The notes under the pieces were generated by a model. The model had not been told where the DNA came from, did not search any database, and worked only from the letters and a program-made list of their open reading frames with translations. Position numbers and translations under genes: made by a program. From Chrysomallon squamiferum (lineage: Eukaryota; Animalia; Mollusca): DNA of 64,000 nt. Below are positions 51,634 to 64,000 of this stretch, piece after piece; position 1 is the first letter of the stretch; every line of letters starts with the position of its first letter. The stretch covers positions 38,254,001 to 38,318,000 of the forward strand of contig CM022665.1 of the NCBI GenBank assembly GCA_012295275.1. Direction: 5' to 3'.

Positions 51634-53211
51634 AAGAACAAAAAATTTAAACTGTTTTTTTAATCAAATCCATAATTAAAAAAGTTATTTTTGTTTTACA
51701 TCAGTCACATCACATGGCTGTGATTTCTGATTACAAATGCTAAATTTGCTCTTAATCTCTCAAGTATTACTGTGTACATTTTTTCCCAGTGTAGTTAATC
51801 AATTATTGGTAAAAGCATGCAAGAAAAAAAAATCTTGCTATGAAGACTGAATAATACAACTGCACAGAATACAACTGATCTATTTTAGTAAGGTTTATAT
51901 TTCTTTATTCAGAGTGTGTTTTCACAAGAATGTACTTAGTACATACAGGGTTCAAGTAAAAGATAAAAAAAAAAAAATAGGTTGTCACATGTATCAGTTA
52001 GCCATGAGAAACTTTATAACTGGTGTTACAAACAACACTGATTGAAAATGCAAGGTATGGAATGTCAAATCTGACTATAAGCTGATAAAATCTACATTTT
52101 GGGCCAGTTTCACACCAGCAAATCAAGCACTTTTTAATACTAAAACCTCTATATTAAAACTCTGTACATTGTTTTTTTTATTTTGTTTAGCTGTAGGTTA
52201 CTCTTTGTCTCAGCATTCATCAACAAAGAGGTATAGACAGGTGATTTACACACAGATAACGGAAATTTGACAGACATGAACTGTGGCAAAAGAATGACAT
52301 CACAGAAACAAAACAATCCCAGTTATGGTAATATTTACATTCATTGTCATCATAGATGAAGGATGCATAATGTATGTTTTCATCATCTAATTTAATTTTT
52401 TTTTATTTCCTTTACTTAAGAATTTCCCTGAAGATAGAAAAAATAAAAACAGACCAGCATTAACTATAATTAAAAATAATGAGTATTATTTTAAAAAGAA
52501 AAGATAAGTCTCCTTCACCAACATTCAGTTTCTTAATTTGTAAGTACTTTAGTAAGATTATATGTATATATTATTAAAAATTATTTTAATACAGCAAATA
52601 AAATAAATAAGTAAATAGCAAGGTGGGATATTGCAGAATTAAAATACTAATGTGATGTTTTATTTTATTTAGCTCTGCAAAAAATGATTTGTATCTGTCT
52701 TTAACTGGCCAAGTGTAGATCAGTTATTAAACATAACAACACAAACGTCTAGAAATCAACTTTTCTGTGTACATACAATTAACAATGATAACAAAATTAA
52801 GTTTCAGACCTGCTTCTTGCATTATGAGTGATTTAAAAATTGTTCTGAATTCTTCCACTTGGTTAAGTTTTAACTGTACTCTAGATTTTAAGGGTAAAAA
52901 GAAGAAGAAAAAAAACAATATATAAATAAAAAAATATAAACGAAACATCACAAACCCACTTTTAAGTAAAATTAGGAACCCCTCCATCTCAATAATTGCA
53001 CAAATCATAGACAAAAATCTGACCCCTTCAACTCCTTGAACCAATGTATACATGAAAAAAAGACATTGTGCCTCTATGACTGGGAGAAAAATAAAAACAA
53101 ACAGAAAAAAAAAAAGAAAAAAAAAAGGTTAAAAATCAAATACACTGAATTCTATCCCTGAAAGGAGTGAACATTATTGTTGTTGCATATTTTGAACTAC
53201 AGTTGCCATTG

Positions 53212-53313
53212 TTACTGATTCTTTCTTGTTGCTCCTATGGTTTGTGCAGCAGCCTGGTTGACAGCCTGGTGGGCAGCATGGTGGGCAGCAGTAGTATACA
53301 GCTGACACAGAGC
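53212..53313 (-). CDS. ATL: Atlastin last coding exon (cytosolic tail)
   Basis: TTTTCAG acceptor; [33 protein letters not shown]. Confidence 0.8.
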   Translation of the reverse strand, partial: ALCQLYTTAAHHAAHQAVNQAAAQTIGATRKNQ

Positions 53314-53528
53314 CTGAAAAACAACAACAAAGAAAACAAAATGAAGTACTTCATTGTAATCCACTTCAAATAGTGTAGCTACATAAAAATACCTTTGTGC
53401 ATAAATACTGGATACAGAAAATAATTTCTTAGAATAAACTATAATTTTGAAAAAAAAAATTAAAACAAATATTTGTAGAAATAAACCTTAAAAAAGAGCC
53501 CAGTGGACCTATTCAACAATGCATCTTT

Positions 53529-53594
<66 letters not shown>

Positions 53595-56500
53595 AAGAGA
53601 GAGAGAGAATGACCATGAGAAATACCAAAAGAAAACTTACATTTTCCCATATCCAGTCAGCCAGCTGATCAATAGCTGAGGCTACACTTCTATATTCACC
53701 GTTGTACCGAGCATACACCCAGATAAGAAGCAGAATCAGGAAGACAATCATCACTGTATTAAAGAGATTAGCCAACGACTCCATTCCCAAAACACCAAAG
53801 ATTCCTGCCAAGAGGTACGTGGCCACCATCACTGTGAACAAAACAGCTGGAGTTCTTGCAGCACTGAAAACATTTTTGCTCTCGTTGTGCTTCTTGAAGT
53901 TTTCATAAGCCTCAATGATTTCCTCTCTCAGCTGGTCTGAGTATCTCTTGCTGAATTCTGGACCACCCATCTTCTTTGTCTGGAAAAACAGCTTCTCAGC
54001 TCGACGGAAACATCGTACGTGTTCTTTCTCCACTTGCTCTGGATGCATGTAAGGCTGTTCTCCTCCGATGACCTTTTTATAACAGATTAAAATTTAAAAA
54101 TAAAATGAAATTAAAATTTGTATACATTTACCGATATAAATGACATACATTTTGAACAGTTTAACCCCAGCTGTATCAATATTATATTATAAATATTCAT
54201 TGCTGTAACATGGTAATCACAGAAATTTGTTGACATCAAAAACAGTTATTCATCAACAGTAATAAGACTGCTGTACCTTGTATTTTCTAACTAACCTGAC
54301 ATCTAAAAACGTTGTAAGGTAAAAAAAAAAAAAAAAAAAAATAAATAACAAAATAGTGAAAACTATTTTCTTCATTTTTATTTTTTTTTATTATTATTTT
54401 TGGTATATCTAATCAATTAATAAAGCAAATATGGTAATGTTTTTCTCTAAACATTCATTAAAAAAAAAAAAAAAAAACAATTATTATAAAAATATCTAAT
54501 TTTTAACTAACTGTAGTGACTTTTTTTATTATTATTATTTTTTAATGATGATAAAAACTGAAAATTGATTTCTCACCTCTTCCATTTCTTTAACGTACTG
54601 ATTTTTAGAGTTAGATACTGCTGCCAAGTTGTTAGCTTCAGCTGTGGCCTAAATAAATGTTTTGAAATAAAAGCCATGAATAATTTATATAAGCATACCA
54701 CTGAAAATAAATGAATACAGCAGTAACTATAAAAAAAAGTAAATAAATTAAAAAAATAAAAAATAAAATAATTAAAAAAATATACAAACAAGTAGTGAAT
54801 GAAACAACAAACTGAACTTTCTAATGTTAAAGAATTTTTTTTTTTTGCAAGGTAACATGGAAATATAGAAGTTCTGATATAGCAGTAAGTTCATTTACTT
54901 GACAAATGGAAATGTCGTTTATGTATGGTTAAACAAGCAGTGAGTAAAACAAATGAACTTTCTAATATTAAAGAACTTCTGAAATATAATGGATGACAAC
55001 AGCTGTAGGCATTATTTGAAGAAAAAAAAGTGTTGAAAACATAAATAACATTAACACATGTTCAAGTGATAAATTACAAAATATTTAGTTAGGAACTTTG
55101 CAAATATATTATAACATAAAAAAAAACAAGAACAAAAAAACCCAACAAAAACCCCCAAACACACACCTACATATAAAAAAGGGCACCAGTATGCATATAC
55201 GCGTACATGCATGCAACTGTACAGTATAAAAATATATACATGTACTGTGGCCAATTACCTCATCACATTATTTTATATTCAAATTAATTCACATTAGTAC
55301 CTGTAACATAGATTTTGGTTCTGGTAGTTCTTCTCCTTGATAGATTTTGATATAGGCCTGAAAATCACAAAATACAGAACTTATGCACACAAACACAAAT
55401 ATATTTAGAAATCAGATTCTACAATATTCTTACTTAAAATGTTAGTACATTCAGTAACATGATTAATAAGCAACAATTATTCTTTATTTTATGTTAGTAA
55501 AATTAATTTTGTTCAATTTTAAAGATTCTGATTTAGTCTATATAGTTACCATTCAACAAAATGAACTGTTACAGTGAGCGAGTGAGTGAGTAAATGATTG
55601 ACTGACTGGCTGACTGACTGATTGATTGAATGAGTGAGTGAGTGAGATAATGTGAGTGGTTGACTGAGAGAGATAGAGAGAGTATGTGTTTGTAATTGCC
55701 AAAAATATTCTGAACCAATCTGATATTATTTTTCAGTGAAGTTAACTATTCAGGTCCAATTATGATACCTTAAAATATTCCACCAAATCTCTGCAGGTAA
55801 TTTGAGAGCCATTTATTTCTTTTACAATAAGGTTTTCTCTGGACAAGAGTAAAGGCACTAGGATTCTCAGTTGTTCTTTGAAGTCGGGTTCAATATCTGA
55901 AAAGCAGCAGCAATTTTAATTCTCCTATCTCAATCACAGAAATACTTTGATGACTATTTGATGAGCAAAATGTTAAAGGCTTAATTTTATTTATCATGTA
56001 TCATGTGTAATTAAAATACACTTCTGACACACATTGATCTATACTCATGCAGCAATTCTCTGGCCTATTTGTTTCAGTTAAACAATTAATACTATTACAT
56101 TCCTGTGACACTGTAATATTACATAGGTATGCTTTGACAAATGTAGGTTTTCACAGAATGATCCACCTACGTAAGTGGAGAGTAAGTGAGTATACAACCA
56201 ATATATATATATATTTTTTTTTTTGGAAGAATTCTGTACATATGTCTAGAAAAACCCATCACGTGGTCAAGACTTTTTAATTTTCTTTTTTTTTCTATTT
56301 TTCTGAAAGCTACAGATCATTTCCAATTAAAATCACTTTTAATTACTTAAGTATTCCATTTAGAACAGAAGACAAGACAAGACATTTTGAAGATTAAACT
56401 ATGCCTAAAACAAACTCTGAAAATAACATTAAAAGTTTCACTGGTAACAATTTCATCATTTATTAAGTGTTTTAACCATCCTGTATACATCAAACTAAAG

Positions 56501-59500
56501 CAGGATACAGTTTATGAAAATACAAATACTAATGGGTTAACAAATTTGAAAGACCAACCCGTATTATTTTATTAACTTGTCGTATCATTTGTAACTTTCA
56601 CTGTCATGTCAATGTCATAGTTTCTGTAAAGTGTTATATTGCTACTTAGTTCATCATCATTTATGGGACATAATATAAAGTAGTCATAAACTAATACTTC
56701 TAAAATATTTTCAATTGCTAAATTCTTCACACTGTTGCCAACTTGTTCAAACAGTGAATAAACTTCACTTCGTTTATGGCTGTATTAACAGGCCATCTTT
56801 ATTTTCGCTATAATTTCAAAATAATATTTTTCAGAAATAAACCCTAGACTATTCTGTCCAACAAATCAAAAGAAATATTTTGGGGGATTTAGCTATATCT
56901 CACATATCTAGGCAACAGTACTAAGTTGATATATTTTGATATAATCACAAATCTTAGTAGAGTTTTTGAAAATGATTAATATGTTTGCTTGCTCTGAACA
57001 AAGTGCAGTAATACTGTAAATACTCTATTTATGCAAAGTGGCAACAGGATCATTAATAAAAAATTAAAATTAAATTAATAAAAAATGTCAAATTAGGTTT
57101 AATTACACACATAAAATATTTCTTTTAGGACAACATACTTTAATACCTTGTAATATAAGCAAAAAATGTCAAAAAAGACCAGAGGTGACTTTATAATGCA
57201 TTTTGACCATATTTCTGATGGGGTTTTCTGGACAAACACACATGAATTTATTTCATTTTTTTGCTATTATTATTAAGTTAAATATCTAATATAATTTTTG
57301 TCTTGTAAGTTTGTGCAAATTGAAAGAATGAAGGATTAAAATGACTATATTCTTCCACTAATCATTCTTTTAACATCTGCCATTAAAATTTACAAACATT
57401 TACATACCTTTTAATCTGCCATCAAAGTGTGGATTAGTAGCCACTTTAAGGCCGGGATGTGGAAGAAGGAAGCAGTTGATGGAATCAAAACAGGAACTGA
57501 TGTGTCGACGTAGCTGCTGCAGTTCGGGATGCTGGCGATGTGAGATCTGAATCACAAATAAATTAAGTTGTTTAAAATCAACTGAATAAACAGTTCCATT
57601 TTTACAAGTTACAAGTAGTGTCTGTTAGCATGATCAAAAGAAGTAAAAATTCCATGTAATGTCAAATAATTAAAGCAAAATAGACAATGTCAAGTTTTAA
57701 AAAGTTCATATTTAAACACAAAAAGACCAACAAAAGACCAATATATATAAATACATAAGAGAAATATAACCAAAAACACTGTCAGTTCCCCTCCTGTATC
57801 AAAAATAACCCCAAAACCAAATATACATTTTTATTTGATTGTCGGTATTATTTTTGAAATCTTCCAGATCACTCAACTACAAAATAAGAAAAAAGTAAAT
57901 TATTTAAATATACAAACCTGCAACCTTCTCTGAAGTATCTTATTACCACCTTCAACACCATATGCTGCTTCATATGGGAAACTCCAGTCTCGTACTAAAA
58001 ACCAAAGACTCTGCAAAAAAATATACAATTAATTTTAAAAAAGGAGTACATTTTGAAAAAAATTCTTACACCAAATACAGAAAAGTGTATGTGTGTTAAA
58101 TAATTCTTGAATTCTGAAATTTATCTAATTTAAACAAAATTAAATGAAAATGTTTTTCAGCATTATTAAAATTATACGTAGTATTAATTTCTGTTAATGC
58201 CATTTAAATTCCTAATTAACTGAATAGTGTTTTTATGACCACATTAGGTCTTAAAAGAAATTAAACCAAACTTTAAACAAAACAAACTAAATGTTGTTAC
58301 AACAACAGAACTGTGAATTCCATTTATTTGGCACATTTACCAATTATTCATATTATAAACCTTTATTGACTGTTGAGGTTAAATTTATCTATTGTATGTC
58401 AGGCATTTTTTATGTATCTTTCTGAGAGGCATGCATTTCGTTTACGAACTACAAAATTTAATATTGTTTGTAATGTAAACAGTGACATTTGTTGGGCATT
58501 TTTCTTCTGCTCAGTAAATTGGCAACTAACAACATACATCTGTTCAAAGAAATTATTCTTATGACAAATCATTTTCTAAAAGTTTTTGTAAATAAAACTG
58601 GATATACTACAAGGTAACTGTAAAATGATTCTACATTGTTTTAATACAAAACTAATGTTTATTTTCAAGTATGTAAATGTGTAATATATTCCATGATTGG
58701 TTTTATTTATTTATTTCATTATTTATTTTAATTATTTTTAAGAATCTTCATCATAAATGTTAAACTGCACATTATTTCTGAGATTCAAGAAGGGGTAATA
58801 CAACATATACACACACACACATACACTAATAAACATAAAATAATAACAACATTAACACAGAATGTTAAGTGAAAATAAAAATGTGCTGGTTCAGCTGTGA
58901 TGTAAATATTTACTGACCTGGAATGGTTTGGACACATTGTCATTATCTTCCAATGCTAATCTGCCATACTCAGTAAACAACTGCAATAGAATTGTGAAAT
59001 CGATAATAACAACATGTTACAAATAAAATGAAAGAACTGCATAAAACCAAAACAGATTGATGGAAAAGTTTATTAGTTTTAAGTTGGTATAACAAACAAA
59101 AATATATTATGTGGCAAACAAATATTTCTTTAAAAATTTGTTTTTAGAAAAAAAAAAAGATTTTAATTATTTATTTATTTTATTATTCTTCTTTTCTTTT
59201 TCCAGAAACTTTTTTTATTGATGCTTTTTATTTCTATTTATCTTTTAGAAAATTTAATTACTTTTTATAAATATATATGTATGCATGTATGAATGCATTT
59301 TTGAAAAAATGAAGCAAGAATACCTGTAATTTCCTTTATAAAACAATAAAATAATACTCTGTATGTATAAAAATTTATATGCATGTATAAAAAAGAAGAG
59401 ACAAGAAGATCTTGAGTTTTCTAATTCTCACCTGCAAATGCTGAAGATCATCTTCCTGGATATTTTGAGTTAAATTATAAACCTGATAAAACAATAATAA

Positions 59501-62500
59501 AGATAGTATTTAGGTCTGTAGTCTGTATAAAAAAGAAAAATAATAGAAAATCAACATTACAGATAATGTGTCAAATGAGATTATACCATGTGACAGTAAG
59601 CCAAAGAACTAAAACAATATTAATAAATTTAAAATAAATAAATTAATTAAAAATAAACAAATATTACCCTAAAATATTTAATGTCATTTCTGCCTTCAAA
59701 ATTGATAAATGCTTTAATTAAAATAAAATACAAATTACATTTAAGTTATTTTTAAAAAAACCCAAAGAACATAAACATAGAATTATTAAATAAAAATCGG
59801 GAAAAAAATTAAACAAAAATTAAAAAATTAATATATTCATGGAAAATGCAATCAACCAGATTTTTTATTTTTTTTTAAATTTAAATTTTATTTTTATTTA
59901 TTAAACAATGATTAACCCAGATGTTTATTTCAAATATTTTACATTGAAGTGTGTTTACAACATCTGCTCACAACTGGCCTGCAAGGAGGTATGTATAAAT
60001 TTTAAATATGGAGTAACTGAATAGTTTATGCTAGCACTGGGGCGTCTAAATCCCATCTTCACACCACTGTTTAACACTGAAATGATTAAGCAATGATTAA
60101 CATTTACCTGTACTGAGCTTATCATGGTGCTGAGGGCAAAAACTGTGGCACAGTCCCGTACAGTAGATTCACTGTCAAAAGCTCCTTGAGTGTCCATTAA
60201 AAGAATAGCCACCTAAAATTTAGAAACAGAATATTAAAATAATAAGATAACAAATATAATAAACAATCAAAATAAATCAAAATAAATCAAAATAAAATAA
60301 ATAAATATTTTCTCTGCAATGTAAAACAGAATTAGAATCAACATAATGGCTTCCAAATGAACACTGAAAAAGTCATCGCAGCTACTTTTAACAAGTATAA
60401 ACTTGGTAAAACAATAAACTAAACTGGTCACAACCGATATTCAAATATAGGTTGAAACCTACTGAATTACCATATATACTTGTGTATAAGGCGACCTTAT
60501 TTATAAGTCGATGTGTATTTTAAGACCAAAAATTGCGTCATTTTAGGTATTACTTGTGTATAAGTCGACTGTAGATTCCAGGCACTGTCACTATTTTTAG
60601 ACCAGTGTGACAGTGCCATGAAGGCCTACATTGTACACCTACTGTAACATAACTTGCATGAACATACCATAATAACGTAAATGCATGTATTACACGAGCT
60701 ATAGCCTAAATGTATCATAAATAGTATCTCTTTAATGTAATAGGTCTAACATGGAGACCTAACTTACCGTTATATTTAGCCGTTCTATGATTTACAAAAT
60801 TTTATGGCCACAGCCCTAAAATATTGTATATGATGCCAGGCAAACGAAATAAATATACTGCACAATTTAAGCTTGCAGTAATTAGATTTGCTGAAAATTC
60901 TAACAATATTATTTCACCAAATTCTTTAAAATAACACAAGTGAGTTTTGTTTATGAAATTAGGACCGATATTTAGTGCAATTTGGCAGAGAAGTCTGCAT
61001 TCCTAGATCATTGCAAGATGCTGTAAGGCATAATGCCGTACTGACGGTTTTCTTGCTTTAAAATGTATTTTTATGTCATTAAATGGAAGAATATCATGTT
61101 TTACATTCATATTTGGTTTTATTTAATTTTTCAAAAATTTTTATACGATAAAATTATATTTTTGAAAAGCTGAAAGACTTATTTTAGATGCATCCCGTAG
61201 ATAGTCATTTTTCAGATGCATCCCTATGTATAAGTTGAAAAATATTACCTTAATAGTCAAAAATTCAATGGATACACATCTATATACGGTATACATCTTG
61301 TGTGAATTTCGAATATTAATTGATCTGACTTATAATTTGATGTTAGCACCAAAATGAAATTCTGAAAATTATGACAATGTTAATAAGACAGTGAACCTAA
61401 TAAAACTGAATTCATCAAATTTCTCTAAGCAAAACAAAATTTAACAAAGAAAGATTAAAAAAAAAAAAAAAATGTTCACCTCTTCTCCTGAAGGGATCTG
61501 CAACAAAAAAGGTTCACTCCATAGAAGTATGCCTGTGGTGTCACGTTCGGACCCACCCCGCCACGTGAAGCCTTCCAGTGGGGCATTGTCATCTCCCATC
61601 CAATCAGGAGCACCCTTTAGAAAGCAAAATAATAATTATGTCATTTTAAACAGAGATTATCTTTTTGGTGAAAGCGAAATGCCCCAGTTGTAGCTGCCAA
61701 TTCATTCACAGTTTAAGTCCATCGATATCAGTATGTGTGTGTCTGAGTGCATGTGCCTGTGTAGTCATCTATAAACATTTTCAACACAACAATTTTGTGG
61801 AAATATAAGAACAGTTATTATGCTCACTAACACACAAACAATAGTGACCATGACTTAATCTTTCCCTAATTATTTATGGAAAAATATGCACAGCAGACTT
61901 GAATAAATTAATATTAATTTATGGAACTGTCACATGGATTAATAATGAAACAATAACAGCATCAACAATGATTATTATGATAATGATAATAATAACCATA
62001 GCAGTAGTAATTAATTCAGTTATTACAGTTATTATATTAAAATGTTTAGAGACTGCATGGCCTATTTTAGTAACTGTGTACACATGTAAAGATGATGAAA
62101 AAAAAAAAGAAAGGAGAAAGAAAAGGGTTATATTTATATAAAACGGTGATATCTATAATTAAATATTTATCCCAATTAAGAGCACACATGTAAACATCTT
62201 TTATCATTTGTCATCCACAGCTCTGCAACTTTACATTCATTTAATTATGGACATATGGATTTACAGGAAATGACTGTCAGCTGCAACTGAACTTGGTTGA
62301 CTTTCCAAACTTAAAACAGCTGTGTGCAAGCTGGCTGGTATATAAATCAACGCCATAATCTAACAGTAACATTGTTGTCTGGTCTTTATGGTCACTATTA
62401 ACCTGTCATTTATTTTATATGTCCACAATTCAAAAAGAACTGGAAACTTCAATATAGTAAAGCATTTCCATTATAAACAGGCTGTGGAAAATGACTGTCA

Positions 62501-63195
62501 TGCAACTGAATATCTATCTATTTTTTTTTTTTTTTTGGCTGCTGTTGTTTCTTTTCTCTTTAAAAAATAAAAAAAATATTTCTTAAAATATAAATAAAAT
62601 TATCAACAAATACCTAAAAATGATAAAGTGGGAAAAATAAAAAAAGAAGAAAAAAGAATCTAAGGTGCAATATCCAAAGATTTAACAGATTTGTTTTCTA
62701 CTTCTGTGTATGCAGTGATATCACAAAATATGCAAAATTATCAAACTTTATTTTTAGGTATCTATTAATGAATAAAATAAAAAAATGTTTAGCTTTTCCA
62801 AAATGAATCTGGGCATTTTTATGTTTCACTCAACTTTAAATCTTTTTATTACTATCTGTTGACTGAGGTTTAATCATGATCAGTAACTGTAGCAATATGA
62901 TTACCTACCATTTCTGTAATAAATACATAACAATAATGATTGTAATAAATTAAAAAAGCTTCAGACATATGAAAACTTACATCTGCAAACAGATATCGAA
63001 GAAAGAAATCCAGGAGAAATGATTTTCCTTTTCGGAAAGCTCCTGCTACTGACACAACCACCACTTTCTTATCCTGGATGGCTGGGTGGTGCAAAACAAG
63101 TTCTAGCTGTTCTTCATCCAGCTCAAATGTGTGGTCATCTTTGGCCAGCACTATCTGCACTGGATGACCCTTCAGAGGAACCCCAGCAGCAGAAA
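53212..63195 (-). CDS. ATL: Atlastin (dynamin-like ER membrane-fusion GTPase), 5'-partial; 12 coding exons in window
   Basis: Exons 63195-62981,61614-61480,60212-60108,59482-59432,58980-58918,58010-57918,57546-57408,55896-55769,55357-55301,54648-54577,54072-53641,53313-53212 are phase-consistent (1592 nt). P-loop [89 protein letters not shown], two TM helices, amphipathic tail. First exon begins in phase 1, so a start-codon exon lies upstream. Confidence 0.96.
53532..53607. repeat. (GA)n microsatellite in last atlastin intron
   Basis: direct observation. Confidence 0.95.
53641..54072 (-). CDS. ATL: Atlastin exon (three-helix bundle + TM hairpin)
   Basis: [11 protein letters not shown]...KKMGGPEFS...[10 protein letters not shown]1-TM2[11 protein letters not shown]...WIWEN; GTAAGT donor. 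Confidence 0.95.
54577..54648 (-). CDS. ATL: Atlastin exon
   Basis: [24 protein letters not shown]. Confidence 0.95.
55301..55357 (-). CDS. ATL: Atlastin exon
   Basis: [19 protein letters not shown]. Confidence 0.95.
55574..55665. repeat. Compound tetranucleotide repeat (GAGT/GACT/GATT)n
   Basis: direct observation. Confidence 0.85.
55769..55896 (-). CDS. ATL: Atlastin exon
   Basis: [42 protein letters not shown]. Confidence 0.95.
57408..57546 (-). CDS. ATL: Atlastin exon
   Basis: [42 protein letters not shown]. Confidence 0.95.
57918..58010 (-). CDS. ATL: Atlastin exon (G4 RD motif)
   Basis: [31 protein letters not shown]. Confidence 0.95.
58918..58980 (-). CDS. ATL: Atlastin exon
   Basis: [21 protein letters not shown]. 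Confidence 0.94.
59432..59482 (-). CDS. ATL: Atlastin exon
   Basis: [17 protein letters not shown]. Confidence 0.94.
60108..60212 (-). CDS. ATL: Atlastin exon (G3)
   Basis: [35 protein letters not shown]. Confidence 0.95.
60470..61289 (+). mobile_element. Non-autonomous Tc1/mariner-superfamily (Tc2/pogo-type) DNA transposon, internal deletion derivative, in an atlastin intron
   Basis: TA/CCATATATAC...CTATATACGG/TA terminal inverted repeats with TA target duplication; subterminal TATAAGTCGA repeats; residual transposase N-terminus [26 protein letters not shown] (60830-60907), Brinker-DBD-like. Confidence 0.75.
61480..61614 (-). CDS. ATL: Atlastin exon (G2)
   Basis: [36 protein letters not shown]. 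Confidence 0.94.
62981..63195 (-). CDS. ATL: Atlastin exon (P-loop G1)
   Basis: [19 protein letters not shown]...[25 protein letters not shown]; GTAAGT donor. Confidence 0.95.
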
Positions 63196-63546
63196 CTGCA
63201 AATAAAAATATGAGTTAATTTACTTATTCTTGTATTGACTGTATTATTTATATTTAAATATTTGTTACATTGTAACATTAAAAATAGACATTACTTTACA
63301 CATTTATGAAAATTTGTTGAACATTAGATATTTATGAGTTATTGTGACTCCCTAATAATAGGGGGAGGGAAAGAAAAAATGTTATGTATTAAATTATGAA
63401 AGATTAATGACAATAATAGGAAATTCATCTCTTTTTTTTTTTTTTTTTTTTTTTAATAATTATTATTATTATTTGTGTATTATACACTAAATTATTGATA
63501 CAAAACAATTATCTGTATAAAATCGATAAGTATCACCACCAACACA

Positions 63547-63547
<1 letters not shown>

Positions 63548-63606
<59 letters not shown>
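63548..63606. repeat. (AAT)n microsatellite
   Basis: direct observation; similar tracts at ~521-552 and ~6082-6124. Confidence 0.95.
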
Positions 63607-63607
<1 letters not shown>

Positions 63608-64000
63608 GCCATTTGAAAGGATACACAAAACTGGGTAACACAAGCACAATAAAACCAAAAAAATTACAAAACTGTAGTTATCTAAATGACGGGTAGCAAA
63701 ATCAGTTATCTTTAGTTCATCTTTTTTTTGGGTATTTCCTGTCCTAGTTCCATAAAAGAAGTTACCAGAAACGTAGTATGTACTTTCTTATTTATAATAT
63801 ACTGAAGAAAAAAACAACAACAAAAAAAAAAACAATTCTTGCTGCTAATGGAGATTTATTCTGATATAACCAAATAATTGAGATCAAATAATGGAGTATA
63901 GAAAATTTGTTTATGGTGCCTTTAGACACATTAAATGTACTTTGCTTTATCTAAATTAATATTCAGTTATTTTAAAATAATTGAATTACTCTTATTATTA

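Noticed and set aside
47598-53211. Poly(A) sites and 3' UTR limits for WDHD1 and atlastin (and CCDC32 below 25742)
   Set aside because: AATAAA/TTTATT hexamers are too frequent in this AT-rich DNA to choose without transcript data
53702-53908. Plus-strand ORFs over atlastin exons (also 53167-53373, 61472-61693, 63019-63213)
   Set aside because: Antisense shadows of real exons
55761-55768. U12-type donor in atlastin (GTATCATA)
   Set aside because: Does not match GTATCCTT; treated as U2
63196-64000. Atlastin start-codon exon
   Set aside because: No convincing ATG plus phase-1 donor found; probably beyond the window end

Overview
AT-rich, microsatellite-laden metazoan nuclear DNA (decayed tRNA-headed SINEs resembling a family I recall from gastropods suggest a mollusc). 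Three spliced protein-coding genes can be rebuilt by hand with consistent reading frame across all junctions: (1) CCDC32 (minus, 2 coding exons, 162 aa, 25742-26571); (2) WDHD1/AND-1/Ctf4 (plus, 27 coding exons, 1078 aa, 27648-47597; WD40 + SepB + HMG box), head-to-head with CCDC32 across a ~1.1 kb CpG-rich promoter carrying ETS and E2F sites, and with one GC-AG intron; (3) atlastin ER-fusion GTPase (minus, 12 coding exons in the window, 53212-63195; first coding exon not found, probably beyond the window), tail-to-tail with WDHD1. The first ~25 kb has no recognisable coding gene: it holds simple repeats, decayed SINE/Penelope-like/LINE-like fragments, a degenerate ~180-bp tandem array, several CpG- or TF-motif-rich islands, a candidate recursive splice site and possible orphan exons. 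Introns hold a Tc2/pogo-type deletion derivative and other decayed DNA transposons. I found no convincing new multi-gene system; the findings are mostly gene-structure and motif-level observations. Most ORFs in the supplied track are low-complexity artefacts.
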